A stretch of DNA of 64,000 nucleotides from Nageia nagi (Eukaryota; Plantae; Pinophyta), in assembly GCA_050084985.1 (NCBI GenBank), contig JBITNC010000001.1:184450001-184514000 (forward strand), given 5' to 3'. Position numbers and translations under genes: made by a program. Shown piece after piece: positions 1 to 14,209 of the stretch. A model generated the notes under the pieces. It was not told where the DNA came from. It saw nothing but the letters and a program-made list of their open reading frames with translations, and did not search any database. Within the stretch, counting starts at the first letter, position 1, and every line of letters starts with the position of its first letter.

Positions 1-589
1 GTAAATCAAGGGGCTACATCATATTTTCAAGATCAACAAGTTATACCTTCAATTCCTCTTATTGTTTCATATCATCCTTTGATCATGCCTAAAAAACTTA
101 TATCATAAATCCTAGGGGTATATCTAAATCTCAAGCCTTTGAGGATCCCTAATCAAAACCAAATTCAACCTCAAAAAATTGCTCATGTTGGATAATCTAA
201 CATTACCTATAAATTAGACCAATATGATCCAAATCAAATGCAAAATAATTTGTATCAAGTGGATCCTCAAATTATCATGAATCAAGCTTATCAACATGTT
301 AGTCAAGTTCAACCTTCTCTGCATGTTTTTAATCAGCCATCATGTCAACCCCAAGGATACATAAATCAAATGGCTCAACTATACAACTAAATTAAATTTG
401 TTCCTAATCAAACTTAGAATCAACCTTTGGGAAAAAACATACAACACATATGTATATCAACAACCTCCAATAATTAATGATGACATCTTAAAGAGGTTAC
501 ATCAAATGTAACTCAATATCAATAGTCAAATAAAAATAAAGATATCATATTGCTCAATTGTCAATGAACCTATCAACTCCATGGTTCCT

Positions 590-1620
590 ATAAAGTAATT
601 CCCTTACAAGTTTGAAGTGACACATATTGAGAAATTTAAAGGGAAATAAGACCCAAGGGAAAACCTAATATAATTAAAATTCTCTTTCTATGTCATAAGA
701 TATGATGATGTTCTCATGCTTATAACATTTATAATGATATTAATGAGACAATATTTGGATTGATACAACAACTTGCCCCAAAATAGTATTTACTCTTTTG
801 AGCAACTAGCTAATCTTTTCTTAGACCACTTTTCCATCAACATAAGAAAGAGAAAATAAATTATAAACTTAATTAGAATCTCATAGTTTTATGATGAATC
901 AATTAACAATTATGAATTAATATGGAGAGCTATCATGACATATTTTTCATATACCTTGCCATAAGAAGAGCTCATCAAATTATTTAGTAGAAGTTGTAAT
1001 AAGAAAATATCTTAAATATGACAAATCCAATGACACAAGTATTTTAAATAATCACTATCACAATAAAAGCTTATTGAAGAGGTTAAGATTAAATTAGGTG
1101 ATATTAGGTTGTGCAAGAATAACATTAAAAATGATCTAAAGCACAATAATAGTGCTAACAATAATCAAGCTTATCAAAAGCCATACAAAAATCATGTATC
1201 TTATGATGTCAGTTAAGTACAACTAATCATATCAATTCAATAAAGAAAAAACTCCTCAACAAATAATTTTTAATGGGAAAGGTTAAATTAACAATCATGA
1301 ATAAAAGTAAAATATATCTTTCACTCCTTTGGAAAAGCCTTTATCGAATATCTTGCAACAATTAACTCAAGCAAACATCATATCATTTCTAGAAGTCAAA
1401 GATAATCCTTTTGCTTTGACTTGACCTTGTTATAAAGAGAGTGAATTTTATGATTATCATAGACATAAGGGATATAACATAAATGAGTGTATGCAATTGA
1501 ATCATGTGGTTCAATATCTTATATAAAATGAGAAAATATTAACATTAGATCTAATCGCATTACCTAATCAATGCTTAGGAGTTTTCAAAAACCTTTTACC
1601 TAATCATGATGAAATTCAAG
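590..1620 (+). pseudogene. Ty3/gypsy (Tat/Athila-like) gag remnant
   Basis: Broken frames give EKFKGKxDP..YDDVLML..LDWYxNLP.NSI.SFEQLANLFLxHF (retrotransposon gag) and a zinc-knuckle-like EFYDYHRHKGYNINECMQL at about 1440-1500. Confidence 0.8.
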
Positions 1621-2499
1621 TTCATGCTTATCATAATGTAGAGCCACTACCTTTTCATGAACTTTTTTAATGATCCAATGAGTTAAAAAAAATCCTTGAG
1701 CTTTAATAATGTCTTGTAATCATAGCATCAAAATATTGTCACTTTATCTTCTAATCAAGTTCTTATTTTTAATCTTGTTATCTTAGGAGTCAATACTAGA
1801 GCCTACTTCTCTTTTGTGATCATCCAAAAATGGATAACACATTGTACCATGATCATGAGTCTTCTTTTTCTTATTTCCTTTTCATCATTCTTTCTTCATA
1901 ATTATTATTTATCATTTATCATCATGTTTTCCTTGTAATCATTGTATATGTCATGTTGTCTTTGTATCTTCTTTATCTTTTTGTATCATCATTATCCTTG
2001 TGATTACATTAGGAATGCATTGCATCTTAAAATCATTATCATATCATCATATTCATATATCTTTGAGATAAATTTGACTTAACATCATTATCACTACCCA
2101 TAGGCCTCATTTCCCAATGAGGATGTAACCACTTGGGTCATAATCATATTATTGAGTTACCTTACAATCAATCCATTGGGATTGATAATAAATTGTTGAC
2201 TATAATGGTAATTTAGGAAAATCTAGTCTTGTGAAGAAAATTATAATTACTTTGAGATGGATAAATCTCTTATCTTGTGTTTTCATATTCATCATTCATT
2301 AATGAGCAATAAGCATATGTTATAATTATCATGATCTTTGATAGCATATCTTCAAGATGATCAATGAGCACTTAACAATGATCAATTAGTGTCTTGTTGA
2401 AATCATATTTTCCCACCCATCATACCATATTATAAGATTCAAGGTACCATCCCTATCAGGCAAAGGTCAATACCCCATATTCTAGCATATTTGTGGCAC

Positions 2500-2950
2500 A
2501 TCATACACATTGGATTTAGCATTATTCTTAAGTGTAAAATTTTTCTTAACATTACTTGGGGTAAATTTATAATTATATTATTATGATCATATTATGAGAG
2601 TTATCCTCCTTACAATCCATTCAAAATTTTATTTAGCATTAGCATTATCCATTATGATCGATTAAATATGGGGAAAGGTAATCATTATCATTTTCATATT
2701 TATAATTCAATTAATATGGGAAAATATTATCATTTGGAGAATTATCCTCATTGTAATCCATGCATAATGAATTTATAGTCTTTCCCCATGAAACACTTAG
2801 GCATCGAACTAGGAACCATAAATTCAAAATATATTTAGCCTACCATACATGGGAAAGGGAAATCATTAGCATTATCATCCCTTGTGATCCATTCAACATG
2901 GGGAAATATTAGTAGTATCACTTTCTATACCATTACTTGGGATAAAGTTA
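2500..2950. repeat. Degenerate tandem repeats in the gypsy 3' region
   Basis: Recurrent cattat..c/ttgt(g/a)atccattcaa..atgggg(a)aa units. Confidence 0.5.
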
Positions 2951-4479
2951 TCATTGATAACATCTTTGAGAATAACATTGCATAAGCCAAACATATCAAT
3001 TAACATTATTGCCATAAACTATATTGTTTAAAATTGGCCATATATTTGGGAATATTTAACACTTATCTCTTATATTGAGGTATGTTTATGTACCTACACC
3101 CATCCATTATCCTTTTCAACAAAACATAATTGAGCATTGATCACATATCATTGATCATCATCATAATCATCATGTCATTAGTCAAAATCAATGTTTTCAT
3201 TAGTAAATCATGACATCTTGGATTTTTATGCTAAGCCTTGTATACTTGCAATACTTAGCTCAAAAGGGAGTATTTATAGACACCTAAAAATTGTCTATAT
3301 TGAGCACACCTACCTTAGCTAGCAATAGTGTCAGTTAACTTGGTCAACCATGTTCAAAATAAATAATTAGGTCATCTAATTAATCATCCTACTAAATAAT
3401 CCATGTAAATGTTGATCTATCTTGAAATCCTAATGGAGATGCCAATCATCCAATCAATATATTGGTTAGGCATAAATATTGTATATAGGTCAAAATTATT
3501 TCATTTATTATTGATAGCTCCATTTTTTAAGGTTGTTTTTTGTTATTACTTGAAATAAGCTTATAACCTACCATCATCTTAAGTAGTATCTAAGAATCTA
3601 AGCACCCAAATACTAATTTATTATAGTTTTATGAGAAACCTAGTGTACAAGAAGGATTCATCCATTATTTTAAATAAATATCAAGGTATAATCATGATTT
3701 ATCAATATTATATGCTTGTATGTTGTGCTTTTTGGGTTTTGTAGGTATTTGTAGGTACTTGAAGTCTATTAGAGCTATTGAGAGATAACATTGTATCCAT
3801 CATAGTATATTATTTACTTTTATATGTGTATATATCTTGAATTTTAGGTTAATATAATCCTAATATTTTTCATATCATCATTGATCAATTTGGAGCTTAG
3901 GTACACATACCATACAATAACATTCTAGCATAGATCTTTTACATGCATGTTGTTTTATCATAAAAATCAATAAAAAGAAAGAGAATTTAGTATTAATATA
4001 ACATATGATCATATCAATAGGTATTGTGTTATTTTTTAGCATTCATATGATTACAAATGAGGAGGCTTACATTGTTGTCTAGCATTATAGCTTGTCTCCA
4101 AGGTCTTACAAACTTGGGTATTGAAGTTCCCCTTTAATAGTTTTATCCATGCAAGTGTTAGATCATTAAAAAGTAAGGATCATGGAAGCAAATTAACTCT
4201 TTATCATCCATATTATATTATGTATCCTTTGGATCTTTTATGCAATAACTTTGGGTATATACAAGGTACTACAACAATGAAAATGGTTCAATTCAATGCA
4301 TTATATCTCTTTCATATTTTCTACAACATGCTTACTATTTTAAAATATATAATGTATGTGGGTGTTATTGTGTTTTCTTGTATGGATCTATCATCACCAT
4401 ATTGGAGAGTATAACTAAAGGTATACTCAATACTCTGATCAAAATATGCAACTTTTATCTTCATTACCCCATTTTAAAA

Positions 4480-5420
4480 TTCATTAGGGGAACCAAAACC
4501 ATATGGTATCCAACAAGATACTATACTCAAGCATCTAAATATTTTAGGGGAGTACTCTTTATTGTTTGAAAATTTCCATAGTTCTCTATTCTTCTTTGCA
4601 TTATGCAATTTCAAATGCTTTTCCATTTCATCTCCAAATAGGGGGGAAATATAGATGCCTAAAAATTATTTATTTTTAATTAATAAATGATATTTATATA
4701 TCTCAAAATAATAAATAGTAATATTACATAAATCAAGGCTAATGTGTTATCCAAGTGTTATATCATTTCCTAATTTCAATGCTTTATCATCGATCATGAT
4801 TATATCTAGAAAACACTAGATATTGAAAAGATCATATTCTATTGCTATATGTAAACCTTCATTCCCTTCTATGTTCTTCCAAGTATAAATGGAGGAGTTC
4901 GAGTTAACATTTCCTATCAGATCTCTCTAATAGGTGGTTTTCTATATATCATATTACACTAATGGCATCTCCCAATGCCAATTATATGATGATTCTATTA
5001 TGCTTCAAATTTATATTACATGTTATCATATTTATTTTCTTTCATCCTACTTAATGAATAATGCGTACAATATGAGAATACTATGAATATGACATTCACA
5101 TAATTCTATTTTATTATCTAGAGTTGTAGATCTAAGGGACATCAATCATAGACCTGGGTCATTGAATATCCATACAATGTCATCCTAAATCCAATCCAAT
5201 CCTTTATGGATTGTGTTAGATCTTGATTCTTACTTTACTTCTTGCATCAAGTTTACATTTTCTTAGTATTATTAAAATAGCCTTGATAAGTGTTTTGCAC
5301 CCATATATTGTAGCTCTTTATGTACTATACTTTTAATTGTAAATAATTATTTAGAGGTGGCAATATAAGGGGAAAAAATAATTCATTCTCCTTAGGAGAT
5401 GGGTTATCCATTATCACAAC
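4480..5420 (+). mobile_element. Second gypsy 3' UTR end, PPT and LTR (LTR about 4650-5420)
   Basis: ccaaatagggggg is followed by tatagatgcctaaaaatt. The preceding ~150 bp resemble the 3' UTR/PPT at 34500-34667. The LTR end is approximate. Confidence 0.6.
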
Positions 5421-6559
5421 AAACATATCAAGGCATATGGCATCAAAAAATACATGATCAAATATTGATAGTATATTACAAACTATACATTCAATTTCTT
5501 AAGATTATAAGAACCTTAAGCTGAAAATAATACTAGCTAGATTAATTTGTATCCATGTGGGCTGAAAAAATTGGGATTTACCACATGCAAACTAAGAAAC
5601 TAATATCTCCATTGAGTCTTTCCATGGATTCTAAAAGTTAAGATTTCTTGGAAAAAATACTAAGAAGAGTAGGATATTGGATTGGGTAATTGACACACTT
5701 ATTAAGTGTGTAGATCCATACAATGTAAATAAATATGTATTTAAGTCTATTGGTTTTTAAACTAACTATAATAAAGAGAAGAATCTTGAAATTTTCCTAG
5801 AGAAATCTTGTAGTATTCTTGATTCTAAATGTTCTTTCCATGAAAGTATTTGTAACACATATTTGGTACATAGTTGAATACATATATCAATCAAATACCT
5901 TATTACCAAATGTGATGAATATGTTTTTCATGTGATCTAATCAACCAAATAATTTTTTAAATAGATATATCAACCAAATACCTTACAAGGTAACATTTAT
6001 AAACATGTATTGAATATTACAATACTTCTTGAATTTGGATGGACCATGAATGAGTTTCCTCCTATTGAATATATATTTAATTTGAATGAATTTCCTCTTA
6101 TTGAATATGTATATTAGTTCATGGAGCTTGATTTTAACTATTTGTTTCCTATTGAACAAGTGCTTGAGATCATGGAACCTAATTTTAATGAGTTGTATAC
6201 TACTAAATATGTCTTTGAGATTATTGGGCTTGATCAAAACACCCAAGTACCAAATAACCATGTTATCCTTTCTCCACCTTGAAAACATAAACTTGATAAA
6301 TTTATTGAGTTTTTTTTATTGAAAATTAGCATTATGCATAACAAATGATGGCAATTATTTTTTTCAAATTTTGGTGAAAATGATTCAAAGTCATGGCGAA
6401 AAGTTTTTAAAAGTTGCATAGGGTAAGAGGCAAAATCATTTTTTTTAAGATGTGAATTTTTGGTGATATATATTGATTTTTAGTTTTATGACGAGTATCT
6501 ACATATATCATGATACTATCATCTTAAATCCTATAGAAAACCCCTCCTTAAAGATAGAT

Positions 6560-6950
6560 GATTGTATCCCATTTATGGTGATGATCATCTGCTCTTTTAC
6601 ATAGACGATTGATTACATAAAAGTGCATATGATCATCTACATAAAAAATGCAAATGATCATCTATAGATTAATGCAGATGATCATCTATTGAAAGGTTTA
6701 GAAAATCATATATTAAAAGGTGTAGATGATCATTTATTGAAAGGTGCAAATGATCATCTATAAAAAGTATGGATGATCATCTATAGCAAAGTGTAGATGA
6801 TCATATGTATAAAAGTGTAGACAATAATCTATAGAAAAGTATAGATGATTGTATATACTTTGTTAGAGATGATCATTTGTACTTTTATGTAAATGATCAT
6901 TTGCACTTATATGCAGATGATTAATATTAGCACTATCGATCATCTATGTT
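6560..6950. repeat. Array of (t)agatgatcatcta motifs, ~20-23 bp period
   Basis: Direct reading; palindromic core gatgatcatc, probably decayed from gacgatcgtc. Confidence 0.85.
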
Positions 6951-7202
6951 CCAAATAATATGACTCATCAAAAAATGGGCATTAAATGTGATTATACATA
7001 AAAAATTGTAACACATGTTAAGTCTTATAAGAGGCCTTCAATAGATCATTTTCACCTCATTTCAACACTTTGACTCTTTGGGTCTATAGTTCCCTCTATG
7101 GCCCCTTTCCCCTCCTTTTCCAACCAAACTTTCCAAGTTGCTTCTCTCCTTTGTGCTTTACAAATCCTCCCTCTCTTTGAGTCCTCACTACTCAAGACCA
7201 CC

Positions 7203-10200
7203 ATGTCAACATCTAATGCTATCATCCAAAAAACATCTTACATTTACACAAATCTTATTTTCCCCAAATGTTGGATATTTTTACCACTCCTAGATATGAA
7301 TTTAGTTGGTTGTAAGAATCCAACCTTATGCAGTTGGTTTCAATGGGAATATTATTTAATAATATTCCTCTTCTAGTTGTGATTGTGAACTTTTTTTTAT
7401 AGTGAAAACGTAACCATTACAATGATAGTCCATGGTAAACCTATATCATTCTATATTAAACCCTTTGCTATACATAGGTTAATAGGTCTACTATATAAGG
7501 ATGCTAGGGATATTGTAAATACAAAGGCATATCTTCTAAGTGATAAAGATAAAATACATCTAAAAATAACCTATGGTATCTCTACAAAATGTTTGATAGG
7601 TAAAAGGTTTATTAATTTGTTAAGTCTCCTTTTAATTTATTGATATTTCAATAAATATTCTTAATTTTTTATTTGTTTTTTGTAATTTGCCTTAGTGTCA
7701 TAGCATTGTTTATGATGTAGTTTAACTTTTTAGTTAACCATAATCCCTCAAGAAGGACCTCAACATGCAAGATGTTCAAAATCCTTTTTTGAAGGCTATA
7801 ATAGTGTTCTTTTAGGCTAGACTTATTCTACAAGGGACATCTTTAGATATTCCATTTTTGGACCATTATTACATTTTGTGATTTATTGAGCATAAAAAAT
7901 TTGATTGGATATACTTCATTTCAAATACGATCATATATAATATTTCCACTATCAAAATATCAAGCTCTCAAAATGTATACCTATCTAGCTGTAATTATTT
8001 GCTTGTATTATACTATGAGGCTTTTTATAGCTTGCAAAACACTCTACCTCCAACTATGGCTCATAGTTAGTTGAAATAATTAGCACTAACTATAGAGGAA
8101 GTGCAAGTAATAGAATGTATTTTATTTTTTTAATTAATAAATTAATTGCATTATTAAATTGAAGAATCAAGCTAAAAGGATTATTGATTCAATGAACTTT
8201 TTGTTTATATTTAATGCAAAAAAAGCAACAAATTCAAATTTTCAAAGACTTGCTACAATTAGAGGAACACAACCCAAAGATGCAGGAGATTCCTAAGGGG
8301 AAATTAGTTCACCCTTGGTGAGGAATTATTCAAAAAAGTGTATATGTAATGCATAAGTTATCATCGATTCTAGATAAAATTTAGCTATGTCATAGCATAG
8401 TCACAACCCATATCCTTTGAGTAAACAAAATACTCAAATATTGATGATGATAATGAAGTTGAACAACTACAAAAAAAAAACATTTCCATACCAAGTAATC
8501 ATTCTTTCTATGAAAATACACACTCCAAAAATCTTTTTGGATAAATGATCTATGTAGAAATAGGTGATCATTAGTGCCATGACATAGATGATCACCTATA
8601 TGTACACTAATGATCATATGCATGATTGCATTGATGATCGTATGTTTGTCAAAAAGATAATCCTAGGCATTTAAAAATATGATTATTAATTTATTTAGCC
8701 TTTATAAATATTTTTTGGAATGATTATAGATACAAATATGGGTCTACCACCACTTGTGAAAGTAACACATACCCCTTCCACATAAGTCATGGAGCTAGAA
8801 GATAAGTAAAGTAGTCCTAGATAAATAATAGGATAAAATTTAAACCATTTTCTATTTGTTATTATTTTCATTATATTATGTAATAACATGTAAATTTGCA
8901 ATTCTAAAAGTGGGAAACCAATTTCAATTTCTCAAAATCAACTCATTATTTTATGAGCAATGCTTCCTCCTCCAATTCCATTGATGAGGGAGCATTTGCA
9001 ACCAATAGGAAAAACATTATAGCATATGTTTTAAGGAATGTTTCTTTTTGTGGTAGGGATAAATCAGGTTGAATAAGTAGAAAAATAATCAAATTGAAAG
9101 CTCCTAGCCCATACAATATTCTAGCAATTAGTGATGTTCCCAATTTTACATTATCAAATGTAAATTCTATGTCATGTGATATAGGTCTTTGTACCTTGAA
9201 ACTTTATGAGGATTACCTACAAGGAATGGTATAAGAGCAAGGTACCATGGATGGCATAGGGGAATAGAATCAATGTCAAGTTGCTGGAAGCCACAAGTCT
9301 CCACAACTAGTAACACAATAGAATGTGATTGGAACTATAACTAAAGAACCAAAGGAAAAATAATTAGATCCATATACTACTTTCAATAGCTTAATTTTCT
9401 CAAAAATAGAGGAAAAATCAATAATTATGTTCTTCTTGATATTTTAAATGCAAAAAAAAGGGAATTTCAAGTAAAATTTATATACAAAGAGATTAATACA
9501 TGATTCCCAAACTATGAAAAATGAGAAAAGTTATTTTTAGAGATTGAAAATTCTCCAAAGAAGCTTGTGACACATATGGAGAGATAAAATTTTCTTCTTC
9601 ATAGGTATATAATTATGTAAATAAAATTTTGAGTAAGTTAGAAAATTTAAATATTTAAGCCTAATCCTATTACAGCACTTGTGCCACTAACATGCAAAAG
9701 ATTGAAATTGTAGGAGCCACAAAATATGTAGCGAAAGTAAGAATTTTGTAAGAAATTTAGTGAATGTACAATGTACATTATAGTTTCATTTTATTAAATT
9801 TTTTTATTTATCATATCTAATTATGTTCTTGTTTTGTATTTTATAGTTCAACTTTGACAACTTGAAAAAATAAGTTAACAACTCGATTGTTCAAGTTTAA
9901 AAAGCAAGGAAGAGCCTGTTAAATGCATCCATAGTGAAGGAGAAGCTCCTAAAATATTTGAAAGATAATAACACATTAAAATTAATCATAAAGGATCATA
10001 ATTTGGACTACCACATTTTGATGAAGAAAAAAGAAAAGGATACTCTAGCTATGGAGATACTAGGTGAGGATGGTTGGAAAGATATGAAAAGCTTAATTCA
10101 AACTTTGGATACAACACAAAGAAGAGTATTAATAGTAGTAGAGTTTGGTTCATCATTCAAATTGACATTTGTTGAGGATGCTACTTGTGAGGATGAGAAT

Positions 10201-10242
10201 AATGTTGATGAAATATTTAAAAAGATAAAATTTCATTTTTAG
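7203..10242 (+). pseudogene. Multi-exon transposon accessory gene, PMD/DUF1985-like N-terminus with coiled-coil C-terminus
   Basis: Fragments WLxESNLMQL..IPLLVVIVNFF..IHRLIGLL and KFDWIYF..SCNYLLVLY; gt..ag-bounded AT-rich introns; last exon is ORF 9934-10242. Confidence 0.4.
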
Positions 10243-10379
10243 ACATTCAATAAGAAGTTGAGAACTTTTTTATAATAAGTTGTGGTTATATTGAAATACT
10301 TTTTGAAGAGAAACATGGTGATTTTGATTTTAGATAGACTAATAATATGTTTTTTATTTTTTTATTTTTTGCAAGTTAT

Positions 10380-10775
10380 AAGTAAGTATGTTTTTTGAAT
10401 CATTGCATGTATGAGCAAACAATTAAAATGAAGATTTATTTTCTTACAAGTAAGTATGAAAAGGAATGCTTATTATGAATCATGAGCAAGTGTGCTTTTT
10501 TGAATGAGAAAGCATGTTTTTAATCATTGAATATTTGAACAAGTATATTTTTTTGAATGATAGCAACTATGTGCAAGCTATTGAAATGGTGATTTAATAA
10601 TAGAATGTTAGAAGCAAGTACATTTTTTTGAATCATTGCATGTGCGAAAAAAACTATTTGAATGGTGATTTATTTTTTTACAAGTATATTTTTGTAATAA
10701 TTGAATGTTTGGGCAAGTATTTATTTTGAATGATAGCATATATGAAGAAGTATATTTTATTGAATGATAGCATTA
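10380..10775. repeat. Degenerate tandem repeat aagtat(a)ttttttgaat(c/g)a(t)tgcatgt
   Basis: Around ten imperfect copies visible. Confidence 0.7.
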
Positions 10776-11150
10776 ACGATCATCTACAGTTTCAATGTGA
10801 CTAGCATTTGCATGTTCCATCATTCGATGTTCATCTCAAAAATTATATCATATGAGTATTTGTATCACTATTTATATGATTGTTAGCTTATAAACCCATA
10901 TAATCATTATTGTATAAATGTAAATGATTATTAGTGTATAAACACATACGAGCATCAATGTCTAATCCTAGATGATATTCAGCATATAAACTAATATTAT
11001 CATCAATTTAATTTTATAGATGAGTATCAATATTTAACCATTGATAATCATTAGTGTCTTCACTCTAATGATCATCAATATCTTCATCAATATGATCATC
11101 AATGTCTTGACCCAGATGATCCTTAGTGTCTTGACCTATATGATAGTTAG
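10776..11150. repeat. Further array of gatgatcatc-type motifs between the converging genes
   Basis: Repeated gatgatcatcaat(g/a)tct units, ~22-24 bp. Confidence 0.7.
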
Positions 11151-11451
11151 TGTATTACTTTTTATGACATGTTGCATTCATAAGTTGTAATGATAAGCTA
11201 AATTCAAAAGCTTACAAGTTACAAAATTTTAAAAAGTATTGAATCATTGATAAGATGTATATATTCATCATATATTCATAATTTACTCAAACTTTTCATA
11301 TGTCAAATACAATGTGTATATAGCATTGATCAAAGAACTACATTCAATTCATTTCAAACACAGGATAATCCAAAATTCTAAACACTAGATAATATAACAA
11401 ATTCTTAATCAATTACACTATAGATCATAGTAAATAAATTAATAAATATAG

Positions 11452-14000
11452 CTAAGGTAGATGGAACATGTTCATTAAAGAACTAGTTCTATTAGTGCAT
11501 GCATCTAAATCTTCTAAAACATTCATAATGTGATCTATTAAGGTATCATCATCATCCTTTTCATCTATTTGATTTACTCCCCTTATCTCACTCAATGATT
11601 TCCAAAACACTATCTCTTTGTCATAGGTAAAGCTCTTAATTGTATGATATGAGACATAAATTCTCAAACAACTTTCAAGTTTTTTCTCCAATCTATTTCA
11701 TGTTTTCAATTTGATATATTGTAAAGCATCAAAAACCCTTTCATCCTCCATAGAATCTAAAATCATTATCTGACATGTTTGTATAAATGAAAATACGTTG
11801 ACATTGAATCTTGTAGAGTACTACTTGAATACAATTTTTTCCATAATTATGTTATAGAACTAGGATTTAATGGATTCATTAATTCTTTAAACTAAACAAC
11901 CATTTTCAAGATGAAACATCCAAATTGTTGAATTAAATCCCTTTTATCTAGAATTCCTTTGTTTTGTACTTTGTTAACTTCTACATTTTTTCCAAAATGA
12001 GTAACAATATTCTCCATATGTTTATTAAAAAATTAACTTGTATTGTTATAATTCAAAATAGGATTCCAAAAATTCAAATTCAGTATAGCCATAACTTCAA
12101 GCAAATCATCTCTTTGAAATCTTTCTCCAATTTCTTTGGTCAATGTATCTGTGATGCTTCTCATCTTTATCCTTGATTCCTACAAAATTCTTTCAAATCT
12201 AACAAGCATCACAAGCACTTGTTCAAATTCAATTTTTGTATATGACACCATATCTTGTATTTCAAAACAATATAAAGGAATATATTTTCTATTGACATTG
12301 GTACAAAGTCTGTTAACAATATTGAATGTAAGAAAACTTTTTGGATTTTTCACAGTTGTCAATGAATTCTAATTATCAAATAATGGATATATAAATTGTA
12401 TTCATACAACCTATGAATAGTCCAACATACTATTCCTTTCATTTACAAAATCAATTATATATATAGATATTTCTTGAGCAATCTTGATCAATTCATTCAT
12501 TTCATATAACATTAGTATCATTTTGCATAATATTAATAGTGTTTCAAATTTTATCATGCAATACAACAATACTTTGGCTCTATTAATAACTTTTCTATTT
12601 TGATAGAAAAACCTATAAAAATTTGATATTGTTGAAATACTCTTTCTATAGGTTTAAACATTGAAATCTATATAGTATACACATGTCTCAACATTCTTTT
12701 TCCATCAAATTTTTCGAGTGCAAATTGTTGGAATTTGACATTCCTTTTAGATATTTTTGAAAAGTATCCATACACCTCATCTATAAATTCCTCTACTTTA
12801 TCCATACAAGTATTTTTTGTTACTATCTTCTATGCAAGGTTCAATCTATGAACCATACAATGAATAGGTATCATATATAGAGCAAATGATGTTTGAAGTA
12901 AGACACAAAATTCATTTATGTTTTCTTGTGTTATTGATACACCATTTGCACCTACACATTAGCTTTGTTGCAATTTCTTCATAATTCATATTAGCATTCT
13001 CTTTCAAGTTATTTATAATAAGATTGAAAATGTTTTTTGAGTTACAAACTTTTTTCATTCTATGTATTATTAGCAAATGGGGTTGTCTAACATGTTCTAT
13101 GAATGTGTAAACATGTATGCATACCCAATATGTGCTATCTACTATAGTTACCTCATTAATTGATAAAAAAATGAATCTTTCATTTTTAACACTTTCTTTT
13201 ATATCTTCTCTTTCCATCAATGCAAGATATTTCACCATTTCCCAATCACTCCGATCATACCAATGAGAAGTTGGAAGGTACTAGACACCTAATAAATCAA
13301 AAAATATTTCATGATCACAAAAATATGTTATTAGTCTACCTTATTTCAAAAGATAAGATATAACAACAAATTGTAAAATTTTTGAAACTAAAGTTTTATC
13401 TCTTATGTTTCTATATTGTGCTACAATTAAGGTGCCTATTTGTTCACAAATTCTTTTTTTCTTCCAAATATTGTTATATTAAATTTCATATTTGTTATGG
13501 AAATAATTAGTCTCATCCTTTACAATTTGAACTTTTCTAACTATTCCATCTTGATATATTATTTTCACATATGCCTTTCCATAATGTTTTTCAATTGTGT
13601 CATATTTAAGCTGCATCTTCTGTTCCCTCCTTAATTTCCATGAACAAATCTCACATTTACATTTTTTTGGTGGATCATCATTTTCAAGAATCACTAGGAT
13701 AATAAACAAAAATCATGATGATCATTCTTTTTTAAATGATCTACCAATAGACCAACAAATTCATTTTTTATTAGATTTTTGAGAAGCACTTCTTGCAAAT
13801 TTCATTTTTTCATGACTTTTAGTCTCTCTATTAGATCCACTATTGTGAATTTCTACTAGATTATTAGGAGCAAACATACCTACCTTAGGTGTAGGTTTTA
13901 TATTGTTATTATTCATGATATTGTCAAATTCAAGCATGTAATTATCAAAAATATCTTCAAGTGGTGGCATATTAGGATCACCAATATTTTTTGTATACAA
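11452..14000 (-). pseudogene. hAT-superfamily (ZNF862/DUF4371-like) transposase remnant
   Basis: FIFLSINEVTIVDSTYWVCIHVY (first catalytic D region), KLMC.(G)A(D)GAS-like segment, YMIPIHCMVHRLNLA (CxxH motif), and VKNPKSFLTFNIVNRLC/ERVFDAL dimerisation-region similarity. Confidence 0.8.
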
Positions 14001-14209
14001 ATATATTTCTAATCATATGATGACTCAACCAAAATTTAACTATTGATATGTAAAGGCAAAATAATAATAGATTATGGAAAAGAACTTATGACTATCATGT
14101 TGTAATATTCTGATGCCTCTCCAACCATGAAATATTTTCCAATATTATTTTCTAGTGGTAGATAATCACACTTATTTCTCTTAAATTTTCTAGTGGGTTC
14201 CATTCCTCA

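Larger units (their letters stand above)
1..4150 (+). mobile_element. 3' part of a gag-only Ty3/gypsy LTR element: gag, non-coding spacer, PPT, 3' LTR from 3275
   Basis: PPT-like caaaagggag (3261-3270) is followed by tatagacacctaaaaattgtc, a decayed TGTAGACACC LTR start. No pol between gag and PPT. The LTR end is approximate. Confidence 0.65.
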
